Under the pieces are notes generated by a model that saw only the letters and a program-made list of their open reading frames with translations, was not told where the DNA came from and did not search any database. Positions 18,025 through 25,937 of a stretch of 49,690 bases of DNA are shown in pieces (within the stretch, counting starts at the first letter, position 1; the number at the start of each line of letters is the position of its first letter). Source of the DNA: a virus. Lineage: Duplodnaviria > Caudoviricetes. Location of the stretch: the IMG/VR virus record IMGVR_UViG_3300028585_000030, positions 1 through 49,690 of that record; one strand, 5' to 3'. The position numbers and the translations under genes were made by a program.

Positions 18025-18278
18025 CCGAGACACCGAAGCCGAAGAATCCCGGCACATTCCACGCGCTGCACGTGACCGCGGCGCATGGGACCCACCTGCA
18101 CATCAACACGCGCGCGACCGACGACGAGGTCCGCCGTGTCGGCAAGGCCGCTCGCGCGTTCCTCGGCGACGACCGGCAGGCCCCGTCCGGGTTCGCCGTC
18201 GGGTTCTACCCGTTCCGCGTCGACCGGGACGGCAACGGCTACCCCGGCCGCCGCGTCGACCGGATCGAGCCCGCATGA
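18021..18278 (+). CDS. Hypothetical protein
   Basis: AGGAGG RBS. Confidence 0.65.
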   Translation: MTETPKPKNPGTFHALHVTAAHGTHLHINTRATDDEVRRVGKAARAFLGDDRQAPSGFAVGFYPFRVDRDGNGYPGRRVDRIEPA

Positions 18279-18439
18279 TCGCCGAGCACTTCGGCGAGTG
18301 CGCGGACTGCACCCGCCCGATCCGCCCGGGCGAGCGCATCGTGAGCAGCACGCTCGGGTGGGTGCACGCCTCCTGCCCGACCCCGCCCCCCGTCTGCCCC
18401 GAGTGCTGGCTCGAGCAGCCGTGCGGGTGCGACTCGTGA
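18275..18439 (+). CDS. Small Cys-rich Zn-binding protein (54 aa, absent from the ORF track)
   Basis: CADC...HASC...CPEC...CGC; coupled at both ends. Confidence 0.55.
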   Translation: MIAEHFGECADCTRPIRPGERIVSSTLGWVHASCPTPPPVCPECWLEQPCGCDS

Positions 18440-19227
18440 CGGCTGCCCGGGTGTGCGTCACAAACCTCGTCCCCGACCTCCGCTCCTGCACCGTGCACGG
18501 GCAGCACCTGGCGCACTGTGATGGACACGCGCGACGCTGGAACGCCCGCACGGAGCGCCTCGACATCCTCGACAGCGAGTGCCGCGGGTGCGTCCCTCGC
18601 CCCGCCGAGGCCGGCTACCTGTGCTATGACCACCTCGTGAAGTTCGACAACGCCGTCGAGGAGGCGACCGAGCTCGTCGCGTTCATCTGGGAGGACGGCG
18701 GCAACGGGGTCCGCGACGCGAACGACGGAGGCAGCGCCGGCGCCGGCCCCCGGTGGCCCCTCACGGAGGCGCGGATCCGCGCCGAGTGGATCGCGGCCGC
18801 CCTCGACAACACCGCCCGCACCTACTGGCTCGACGACGTCGACCTGACCTACCTCGACGCCCGCAACCTCATCCCGACCGGGTCGACCGCGGCCTACGCC
18901 GCGGCCGTCGTCCGCGAGCTCGCGACGAACGTGAGCGCCGCCCGCGCCGAGCTCATCGCGAAGCCGCGCGGCGCCGAGGCCGCGGTCCGCGCGACTGCCG
19001 TGATCCAAGCCGGCTACCGCCTGTTCCCCCTCGTCGAGGCCGAGCATCGGGTCGGCGGCGTCCGCTGCCCGAACTGCCAGCAGGCCCGCCTCATCTGGTC
19101 GCCGCCCCTCATGCACCGCGACGACGTCACCATCAAGTGCGACGCCTGCGGGCACATCGAGCGGCAGGAGTGGTTGGAGCAGTACGCCGCGGTGATGCAG
19201 CTCCGCCCGGTCCGGGTGCAGCGGTGA
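18436..19227 (+). CDS. Zn-ribbon protein, possible transcription regulator
   Basis: CRGC.P..A..GYLC..H N-terminal motif and CPNC...CDACG C-terminal ribbon. Confidence 0.6.
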   Translation: MTAARVCVTNLVPDLRSCTVHGQHLAHCDGHARRWNARTERLDILDSECRGCVPRPAEAGYLCYDHLVKFDNAVEEATELVAFIWEDGGNGVRDANDGGSAGAGPRWPLTEARIRAEWIAAALDNTARTYWLDDVDLTYLDARNLIPTGSTAAYAAAVVRELATNVSAARAELIAKPRGAEAAVRATAVIQAGYRLFPLVEAEHRVGGVRCPNCQQARLIWSPPLMHRDDVTIKCDACGHIERQEWLEQYAAVMQLRPVRVQR

Positions 19228-19358
19228 CCAGCCGGGCGAAGCGCATCGCGGACCCGACCGTGTGCGACGAGTGCGGCCACCCGGTCGAGCTGCACCGCTC
19301 GACCGGGTGCCTGTGGCTCCTCGGCTCCGGGTGCCGCTGCCCCTTCGACCTCCGCTGA
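19224..19358 (+). CDS. Small Cys-rich protein
   Basis: CDECGH...H...C......CRC. Confidence 0.5.
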   Translation: MTSRAKRIADPTVCDECGHPVELHRSTGCLWLLGSGCRCPFDLR

Positions 19359-19376
19359 CCCTCGCGCGTGTCCCCG

Positions 19377-19405
19377 TAGCGGGGGGCGCGAAAAGGTGGC
19401 ACACT
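19377..19405 (+). promoter_or_regulatory. Putative promoter for a leaderless transcript
   Basis: TAGCGG-17-(TGG)CACACT; GTG start 7 nt after the -10 element; no RBS. Confidence 0.45.
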
Positions 19406-19412
19406 GACCCTC

Positions 19413-19643
19413 GTGACAGATCAGCAGCGCCGGTTCCTGACCGTGAAGATGGCCGCCGAGGACCTCGGCACCAGCCCGGGCGTCGTCTACCGGTGGCTCC
19501 GCGAGACCACGACGGAGCAGGTGAGCCGAGAGACTCACCGGCTGCCAGTCGGCCACCGCTTCGTCCCGAAGCTCGTCGTCGACGTCCTCGCCCTCGGGCG
19601 GTACCGGGACGGCATCACGAACGGCCGCCCCCGCAAGAGCTAG
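19413..19643 (+). CDS. Excisionase/MerR-like HTH DNA-binding protein
   Basis: FLTVKMAAEDLGTSPGVVYRWLR; C-terminal AT-hook-like GRPRK. Confidence 0.7.
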   Translation: MTDQQRRFLTVKMAAEDLGTSPGVVYRWLRETTTEQVSRETHRLPVGHRFVPKLVVDVLALGRYRDGITNGRPRKS

Positions 19644-19694
19644 ACCAGCAGCACCAAATCAACCACGATCGCCCCGAACATCAGGAGCCCCCTC

Positions 19695-19976
19695 ATGCCC
19701 TACACCGCACACGACGCCCGCACACGCCTCGCCGCGTTCCTCGTCCTCGTCGAGCAGCGCCCCCGATTCCAGAGGGCCCTCTACCGGACCCGCGAGTTCT
19801 CGATCGAGGACGGCCTGGACGGCTTCACCGTCTACTTCAACGGCCTCGGCATCGGACCGATCGAGCCGAACAGCGTCCCCGCCGCCCTCGAAGCTCTCCG
19901 CGACGTCGACGCGATCGCTGACCTCTACGACGGCGACGAGTCGGCCGCCCGCGCGGGAACGCTGGACGTCCTGTGA
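19695..19976 (+). CDS. Hypothetical protein
   Basis: AGGAG RBS. Confidence 0.65.
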   Translation: MPYTAHDARTRLAAFLVLVEQRPRFQRALYRTREFSIEDGLDGFTVYFNGLGIGPIEPNSVPAALEALRDVDAIADLYDGDESAARAGTLDVL

Positions 19977-20266
19977 GCCGCTCACCGCTGACCGCCCCCG
20001 AGCTCGCCCTGCTCCGGGTCGCCCTACAGCAGCACGGCAGCGGCGTCGGCCTCACCGTCGAGCGGCTCGCGACCCTCACCGTCGTCGGCCGCGGCATCCT
20101 GCTCAACTCCACGAACCGCACCCGCTACGCCGGGCACGTCGCCGAGCTCGTCCGGTTCGGCCTGCTCGCGCTCGAGGAGGGCGTCGAGCTCTCCGGGTCC
20201 GAGCTCGTCGGCATCACCGACGAGGGCCGCGAGACCCTCGCCGAGCAGCAGGGGACCCGGCTGTGA
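19973..20266 (+). CDS. Hypothetical protein, possible winged helix
   Basis: L...GLL.......ITDEGRE wing-like end. Confidence 0.5.
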   Translation: MSRSPLTAPELALLRVALQQHGSGVGLTVERLATLTVVGRGILLNSTNRTRYAGHVAELVRFGLLALEEGVELSGSELVGITDEGRETLAEQQGTRL

Positions 20267-20523
20267 GCGCCGCCGACGTGCAGGCCGCCACCATCGAGGG
20301 CATCGACCTCGACGCCGTGGTCCCGTGCCTCGCCGACGGGTGCCCGACCGGAGCCGTGTGGGCGGCCCGCTGCCCCGCGTGCCCGCGGGAGGTCACTGTG
20401 TGCGACCACCACCGCACGGCCGTCGACCTCGCAGCGACGATGCTCCGCGATAAGTACCCGACCACGCAGTGCGCGGGATGCAACACGTGGACGCCGACCG
20501 AGTTCGATTGGCGATCGCTGTGA
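20263..20523 (+). CDS. Cys-rich Zn-binding protein, tandem paralog 1
   Basis: DLDA.V.C...C...CPAC...C..H...CAGC...W..L. Confidence 0.7.
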   Translation: MSAADVQAATIEGIDLDAVVPCLADGCPTGAVWAARCPACPREVTVCDHHRTAVDLAATMLRDKYPTTQCAGCNTWTPTEFDWRSL

Positions 20524-20786
20524 GCACCGCGACCGAGGAGCGCGCCGACGTCGTCGAGCTCGTGGTCGACCTCGACGCCGACGTCATCTGCAACGCCCCC
20601 CGCGGGTGCGACCGGGTCGCCGAGTGGGTCTACTACTGCCCCGCCTGCCGTGACCCCTGGCTTGCCTGCTCCTGGCACCGGATGGCGCAGGACGTGCACC
20701 TGGCGACCAACCCGCCGTTCATCCTGCCCGCGTGCTCGAAGTGCGAGGCGGACCTGCCTCGCGTCATCCCCTGGCGCCCGCTGTGA
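20520..20786 (+). CDS. Cys-rich Zn-binding protein, tandem paralog 2
   Basis: Same Cys pattern; GTGA coupling. Confidence 0.7.
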   Translation: MSTATEERADVVELVVDLDADVICNAPRGCDRVAEWVYYCPACRDPWLACSWHRMAQDVHLATNPPFILPACSKCEADLPRVIPWRPL

Positions 20787-21049
20787 GCACCGCGACCGGA
20801 GAGAGCGTCGAGGTCGTCGTCGATGTCGACCTCGACGCGGAGGTGCCCTGCACCGTCACGATCGACTGCCCCCGCCCCGGAGTCGTCGCCGGCAGGTGCG
20901 CCGGGTGCCGCAAGATCAGCACCGCGTGCGAGCCGTGCAAGGAGTACCTCGACGTCGAAGCGCGATTGTGCAGGCTCATCGGCGCCGGCCTCGCGTGCGC
21001 CGAGTGCGACCACCTGTTCCCCTACCCGCTCGTCTGGCTCCCCCTCTAG
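20783..21049 (+). CDS. Cys-rich Zn-binding protein, tandem paralog 3
   Basis: Same Cys pattern; GTGA coupling. Confidence 0.7.
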   Translation: MSTATGESVEVVVDVDLDAEVPCTVTIDCPRPGVVAGRCAGCRKISTACEPCKEYLDVEARLCRLIGAGLACAECDHLFPYPLVWLPL

Positions 21050-21080
21050 CCCCTCACCACGATCAGACAGGACACCGAAC

Positions 21081-21641
21081 ATGACCGCCACCCTCGACAC
21101 CCTCCAGGCCGCCTTCCGCGGCGTGCTCGACGACGACCGCGCCGCGGCCCTCGCCCGCCTCGCGTGCGACGCGATCGCCGCCTCCGCCGGCGGCGACTGG
21201 CGCGTCGTCCGCGTCGACGAGCACGGCTACGACGTCGGCGCTCGCCCCGCGCCGGCGCCCGAGCACGAGACCGCTCGCGACGCCGCCGCCGTCGCACTCG
21301 CCGGCGCCCTCGACTGCACTCGCGTGTGGGAGGCGTGGGGCTACGGGACGATGGGCCCCGACGACTTCGTCGAGCTCGCCGAGCAGCCCGAGCGCCTCGA
21401 GGAGGTCGTCACGGCCGTCGCCGCGGCCCTCGCCCGTGAAGCGACGAGCGGCCTCCCCACCGCCCTCGTCAAGGAGCCCGACGGCATCACCGTCAAGAAG
21501 TGGTCGGCCTCGCAGATCATGTGCGACGACCACCAGCCGAAGCAGCACCGCGACGGCAAGCCGCCCTGGTGCCAGAAGTGCGGCCGCACCGCCGGCGGCG
21601 TCCACCACGACGACCTCGGCATGCTCGGGCGCGCACGATGA
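21081..21641 (+). CDS. Hypothetical modular phage protein
   Basis: DCTRVWEAWGYGTMGPDDF segment plus C-terminal C..H.P.QHRDGKPPWC..CG. Confidence 0.65.
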   Translation: MTATLDTLQAAFRGVLDDDRAAALARLACDAIAASAGGDWRVVRVDEHGYDVGARPAPAPEHETARDAAAVALAGALDCTRVWEAWGYGTMGPDDFVELAEQPERLEEVVTAVAAALAREATSGLPTALVKEPDGITVKKWSASQIMCDDHQPKQHRDGKPPWCQKCGRTAGGVHHDDLGMLGRAR

Positions 21642-21880
21642 GCGCCGCGCTCGTGGCCGAGCTCCGCGCCGAGGCCGAGAAGATGTGGGAGCAGTCCCTA
21701 GCCACCAAGGCGACGCACAACCGGGCCGAGCTCCGTCGCCGCGGCAAGCTCATCAAGGCCGCCGCGGCCGCGCTCGAAGCCGCCGACCGCGACCACCGGC
21801 AGCACGTCGAGGAGGACGGCTACGTCTACAGCGGGTGCGACACCTGCACGGCGATCCTCGCCGAGGAGCAGAAGCCGTGA
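21638..21880 (+). CDS. Hypothetical protein
   Basis: ATGA/GTGA coupling. Confidence 0.6.
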   Translation: MSAALVAELRAEAEKMWEQSLATKATHNRAELRRRGKLIKAAAAALEAADRDHRQHVEEDGYVYSGCDTCTAILAEEQKP

Positions 21881-22194
21881 CCGAGCCCGCCGGCTGCCCG
21901 ACCCCCCGCGACGTCGCCGAGCGCCTCGCCGAGCAGGCCCGCCGCGAGCTCGCCCGCCGCCTCGCGGTCGTGCGATGGAACGAGCAGCTCGAAGCCGTCG
22001 TCGACATCGTCCTCGACGCCGAGGAGGCCGGCCGGGGCGTCATCATCACGACGACGGCCTGGCCGCCCACGATCGTCGCCCGCTCGACGACCTACGTCGG
22101 CCCGGGCCGCGCCGCCATCTTCCGCACCGATCACGTCGACCCCCGACCGATCTTCCGCACCATCCGCACCGACAACCTCAGGAGAACAGCATGA
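21877..22194 (+). CDS. Hypothetical protein
   Basis: GAGGAG RBS; coupling. Confidence 0.55.
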   Translation: MTEPAGCPTPRDVAERLAEQARRELARRLAVVRWNEQLEAVVDIVLDAEEAGRGVIITTTAWPPTIVARSTTYVGPGRAAIFRTDHVDPRPIFRTIRTDNLRRTA

Positions 22195-22463
22195 CCACCA
22201 CCGTCCACAAGTTCGTCGTCGAGGCGGCCGACGCCCCGCAGATCGTGCACATGCACGAGACCGCGACCGTCGTCCGCGTCGAGCCGCACCCGAGCAGCGC
22301 CGGCCACCTCGTGTTCTGGGCGATCGTCGACACCGAGGCGGAGCCGAAGGCCCGCACGTTCGTCATCACCGGCACCGGGCACCCCGTGCGGCCCGGTCTC
22401 ATCTACGTCGGCACGGCCGTCGGCCCCGTGTTCGTCTGGCACATGTGGGAGGCCGTCGCATGA
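22191..22463 (+). CDS. Small conserved-type phage protein (W..VD....R.F...GTGHP....YVGT....FVWH.W)
   Basis: AGGAGA RBS; motif pattern typical of a small phage family. Confidence 0.65.
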   Translation: MTTTVHKFVVEAADAPQIVHMHETATVVRVEPHPSSAGHLVFWAIVDTEAEPKARTFVITGTGHPVRPGLIYVGTAVGPVFVWHMWEAVA

Positions 22464-22747
22464 TCCCGACCCCTCGCCGCAACCCATGGGCCCCGATCTT
22501 CTGGGTGATCCTCGTCCTCTGGATCGTCGCCCTCATCGCGCAGCGCATCACCGACGCGAACGCCTTCGCGTGGGCCGGCCTCGGGCTGACGATCGGCCTC
22601 GTGGTCGTCTGGTCCCTCGAGCGTCACTTCGAGGCCGAGTCTGCCCGCATCGTGGCCATGGCCGTGTTCGGCCGTGACCAGGAGGCCGCGTGGCTCCGGG
22701 GCTACGACTCGGGCGTGGTCGCCGAGCGCCGGAGGCAGCAGCGATGA
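22460..22747 (+). CDS. 2-TM membrane protein
   Basis: Two hydrophobic helices. Confidence 0.65.
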   Translation: MIPTPRRNPWAPIFWVILVLWIVALIAQRITDANAFAWAGLGLTIGLVVVWSLERHFEAESARIVAMAVFGRDQEAAWLRGYDSGVVAERRRQQR

Positions 22748-23115
22748 GCCGCCGGCAGAAGCGCGACACGAGGACCGTCACCTTCGTCGGCGGCCCCCGT
22801 GACGGCACGAGCGACCAGGCTCCCCGCGAGGCCGACGGGGTCCTCGACCAGACGGCGACGCCCTACGCCTTCCACCGGTACGCCGGCCCCGTCGGCGGCG
22901 GCTCGGCCGTGTTCACCTACGAGGGGCTCGTCGACCCCGACGGCGCCCCCACGACGATCGCGGCCGCGGTCGCCCTGTTCGAGTCCGAGATGGGCGAGGC
23001 GATCGCCGCGGCACGGGACACCGACGCCGCCTCCGGCGCCGACGGGATCGCGCTCGAACTCGAACGCGACGCCGAGATACGCGCCCGCGAGACCTTCGGG
23101 GGTGGCCGCCCGTGA
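22744..23115 (+). CDS. Hypothetical protein
   Basis: F.GGP.DG motif; couplings. Confidence 0.6.
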   Translation: MSRRQKRDTRTVTFVGGPRDGTSDQAPREADGVLDQTATPYAFHRYAGPVGGGSAVFTYEGLVDPDGAPTTIAAAVALFESEMGEAIAAARDTDAASGADGIALELERDAEIRARETFGGGRP

Positions 23116-23948
23116 GCCCCTACATCGCACCGCGCACCTCGGGCGAGATGATCGAGCGCCTCCGCCGCCACTACATCAAGCCGGGCGACCCCTTCGCCGG
23201 CGGCGCGTTCCTCACCGAAGTCGCCCTAGGCGATCGCCGTGCCGACGCCCTCTACGTCGGGTTCGCGAGCTCGCGCGGCGAGCACCTCATCGGCCACGAG
23301 GTCAAGGTGTCCCGCTCCGATTGGTTGCACGAGCTCGACCAGCCCGAGAAGGCCGAGAAGTGGGCCACCGAGTGCCATGCCTGGTACGTCGTCGCCCCGT
23401 CGACCGCGATCGTGCACGTCGCCGAGGTCCCCCACGGCTGGGGCCTCATGGTCCCGAACTCCCGCACCCGGACCCGCCTCGACATCGTCAAGGCGGCCGA
23501 GATACACCTAGACCGGCGCCCGTCGTGGGCGGCCACTCACGCGATCATCAAGAAGCAGGACACGATTCGCGCGCAGCTCGTCGGCGAGGAGAGCCGCAAG
23601 GTCGACGCGAAGCACCGTGGCGCGATCCTCCGCCTCGAACAGCGGGTCCGCGAGCTCGAAGCCGCAGCCCTCACCGACCAGCGAGCAGCCCGAGGGGCTC
23701 TCGCCATCGAGGAGGCTCTAGGAGCGAAGGTGAGCGCACCCGGCTACGGCGATCCCGCGCTCGTGTTCCCGGACGGCAGCCCGCTCAACTCCCGCGAGCT
23801 CGTCGCCACCCTCGCGACGTTCCTCGCGACGACGGCCACCGAGCGGAACGAGCTCGCCTCCTGGCGCATCCGCGACCTCACGCACACGGCCGAGTCTCTC
23901 CGGGCCGCGGCCGACGCCGCCGAGAAGGCAGCCGAGGTCCTCCGGTGA
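23112..23948 (+). CDS. MmcB-like PD-(D/E)XK nuclease with C-terminal coiled coil
   Basis: TEV...RRADAL...GHEVKVSRSDW..EL..PEK...W.V.AP...E.P.GWGL. Confidence 0.75.
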   Translation: MSPYIAPRTSGEMIERLRRHYIKPGDPFAGGAFLTEVALGDRRADALYVGFASSRGEHLIGHEVKVSRSDWLHELDQPEKAEKWATECHAWYVVAPSTAIVHVAEVPHGWGLMVPNSRTRTRLDIVKAAEIHLDRRPSWAATHAIIKKQDTIRAQLVGEESRKVDAKHRGAILRLEQRVRELEAAALTDQRAARGALAIEEALGAKVSAPGYGDPALVFPDGSPLNSRELVATLATFLATTATERNELASWRIRDLTHTAESLRAAADAAEKAAEVLR

Positions 23949-24295
23949 CCGCCGCAGCGCGCCGGCGGTTCGACCTCATGCTCGCCGTCGTCGAGCACGA
24001 CGCGACCGGGATGCCCGAGGCCGAGACCGCCCTCGAGGGAGCCCGGGCCGTGCTTCGCAAGCACCCCGACATCCCCCGCGGCGCGGCCCGCCTCGACGCG
24101 GCCGAGCAGCTCATGGCCGCCCGCCGCAGAGTCGTCGAGGAGTTCGGCGACGCGATCACAGACTGGGCGGAGGTCACGGCCGCGGCCACCGCCGCGATGG
24201 CCGAGTGGCAGCGCCTGTCCGCGGTCCTCGCTGACCTGTTCACGATCGAGCGGGACCCCGACACCGGGGTCTACCGGAAGCGGTACGGAGCATGA
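23945..24295 (+). CDS. Hypothetical protein
   Basis: GTGA/ATGA coupling. Confidence 0.6.
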   Translation: MTAAARRRFDLMLAVVEHDATGMPEAETALEGARAVLRKHPDIPRGAARLDAAEQLMAARRRVVEEFGDAITDWAEVTAAATAAMAEWQRLSAVLADLFTIERDPDTGVYRKRYGA

Positions 24296-24531
24296 CCGAG
24301 CCCACCTACGCCGAACTCATCAACCGGGCCGCCCCGCAGGCCCGCCCCCTCAGCCGCCGAGAGTGGCTCGTGTGGGCGTGCATCGTCGCCGGCATGACCC
24401 GCGGGCAGGCCGGCGAGTCCCTCGGCATCAGTGTCGAGACCGTCGCGACGTACCTCAAGCGGGTGCACATCAAGCTCGGGACGACAGGCCGCGGCCGCAC
24501 CGCGCTCGACAGGCCGGTCGACCATGACTGA
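24292..24531 (+). CDS. Stand-alone LuxR/GerE-family HTH regulator
   Basis: LSRRE..V....AGMT..Q.GESLGISVETVATYLKRVHIKLG. Confidence 0.85.
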   Translation: MTEPTYAELINRAAPQARPLSRREWLVWACIVAGMTRGQAGESLGISVETVATYLKRVHIKLGTTGRGRTALDRPVDHD

Positions 24532-24712
24532 CTCCGAGCCGTTCGCCTACACCTGCCCCCTCTGCCCGTTCTCGTTCGTCGGCCGCAACCTGTGGGCCTT
24601 CGACAGGGCGATCGCCGTCCACGACCACCTCGAACACGGCGCCCCGCTGCACGGCGGCGACGGCGTCGTCCCCACCGATCCGCCACAACCACCATCAGGA
24701 GAGACACCGTGA
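24524..24712 (+). CDS. Small C2H2-like Zn-binding protein
   Basis: CPLC......H..LEH. Confidence 0.5.
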   Translation: MTDSEPFAYTCPLCPFSFVGRNLWAFDRAIAVHDHLEHGAPLHGGDGVVPTDPPQPPSGETP

Positions 24713-25041
24713 AGCAGAAGAAGCACGACCGACTGGTCCGCGAAGCCGTCGCCCGAGCCGTCGCCGAGGCCCTCGCGCAGAGGACCGCGGAGGCCGTCGA
24801 GGCGAACACCAGGCGGACCGCCGAGCAGACCCGCGAGGACCTCGCCCTCATCGCCGCCGGCATGATCCCCGTCCGGGTTCTCCGCCGCTACGCGCTCCGC
24901 GGCAGCGCGAACCTCGTCCACGAGTTCGGCCGTGACATGCCACCCGAGACCACCTACTCCGTCCGGTTCCTCGGCTCCGACCCCGTCGTCGACGCCGCGT
25001 TCCGCGCGATCGACGCGGACCCCGACGAACTCCCGTTCTGA
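24709..25041 (+). CDS. Hypothetical protein with acidic C-terminal DPDELPF tail
   Basis: AGGAGA RBS. Confidence 0.65.
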   Translation: MKQKKHDRLVREAVARAVAEALAQRTAEAVEANTRRTAEQTREDLALIAAGMIPVRVLRRYALRGSANLVHEFGRDMPPETTYSVRFLGSDPVVDAAFRAIDADPDELPF

Positions 25042-25064
25042 CCACGACCACCAGGAGGCACACC

Positions 25065-25562
25065 ATGACCGACCAGCCCGTATCCACCCTCACCGTGCGC
25101 GGCCTCACCGCCGTCGACCTTCGCCGGGTCCTCGGCGTGATCCCGCTCCGGCCCGGCATCAGCATCGACGCGACCATCCCGCACGCCGAGCCCGCGCCCG
25201 ACGCTGATCCGCTCGTCATGCCGCCCACCATCACCGTCGCCGAGCTCGCGACCTACATCGTCGGGTTGCGGCCGGCGCGGGTGGCACTCGTCGCCCCGGC
25301 CGGCTCCCGCAGCAGCGCCCTCGGCAGCCTCGAAATGCTCGCCGTCATGCTCGGCTCCGAGCGGATCAAGAGCTACCAGCGCACGAACGGCCGGGAGGTC
25401 GTCGAGCTCTCGACCGGGCACACCGTGGCCGTGACCACCGCCGAGGAGGAGACCCGCCGCGGCGACGCCGCCACCGTCGTGTTCGTCGTGGCGCCGCGCG
25501 AGTACACCGCCGCGATGCACGCGCTCACTGCCACCGTCCCCTCGTTCACCCTCAACGACTAG
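25065..25562 (+). CDS. Protein with a degenerate terminase-ATPase-like C-terminal half
   Basis: AGGAGG RBS; gapless by-eye alignment to this phage's TerL (NG...RG...RE spacing conserved). Confidence 0.6.
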   Translation: MTDQPVSTLTVRGLTAVDLRRVLGVIPLRPGISIDATIPHAEPAPDADPLVMPPTITVAELATYIVGLRPARVALVAPAGSRSSALGSLEMLAVMLGSERIKSYQRTNGREVVELSTGHTVAVTTAEEETRRGDAATVVFVVAPREYTAAMHALTATVPSFTLND

Positions 25563-25571
25563 GAGCACGCC

Positions 25572-25937
25572 ATGACGACCAACAACCTCAACCTCATTGC
25601 GGCCCGAGCGGATGCCGCTTCGCCCGGCCCGTGGACTGTTGCCGGCGGCGAGCAGGACCTCGAGACCGGCACATGGGCCCCGACAGAAGTGATGGGCCCG
25701 CGCTGGCCGAACGACGAGGACTCTGAGTTCATCGCTCACGCGCGGCAGGACGTGCCCGCCCTCGTCGACGAGGTGCGCGAGCTCCGCGAGCTCGTCGCCG
25801 CGATCCGCTCGACAGGCGGCCTCCCGATCGACGAGTGGTGGCAGGCGATCCGGCAGCTCATCAGGGACCGCGACGCGCAGGAGGCCGTCGACCTCGTCGC
25901 CGCGACGACGGGCCCCGGATCGGAGCCGTGCTCGTGA
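25572..25937 (+). CDS. Ead/Ea22-like phage protein
   Basis: I.ARA.AASPGPW ... D.EFIAHARQDVPALVDEVRELR. Confidence 0.65.
   Translation: MTTNNLNLIAARADAASPGPWTVAGGEQDLETGTWAPTEVMGPRWPNDEDSEFIAHARQDVPALVDEVRELRELVAAIRSTGGLPIDEWWQAIRQLIRDRDAQEAVDLVAATTGPGSEPCS

Noticed and set aside
19413-19643. Excisionase implying an integration module
   Set aside because: No integrase or att-like context recognised nearby; treated as a generic HTH
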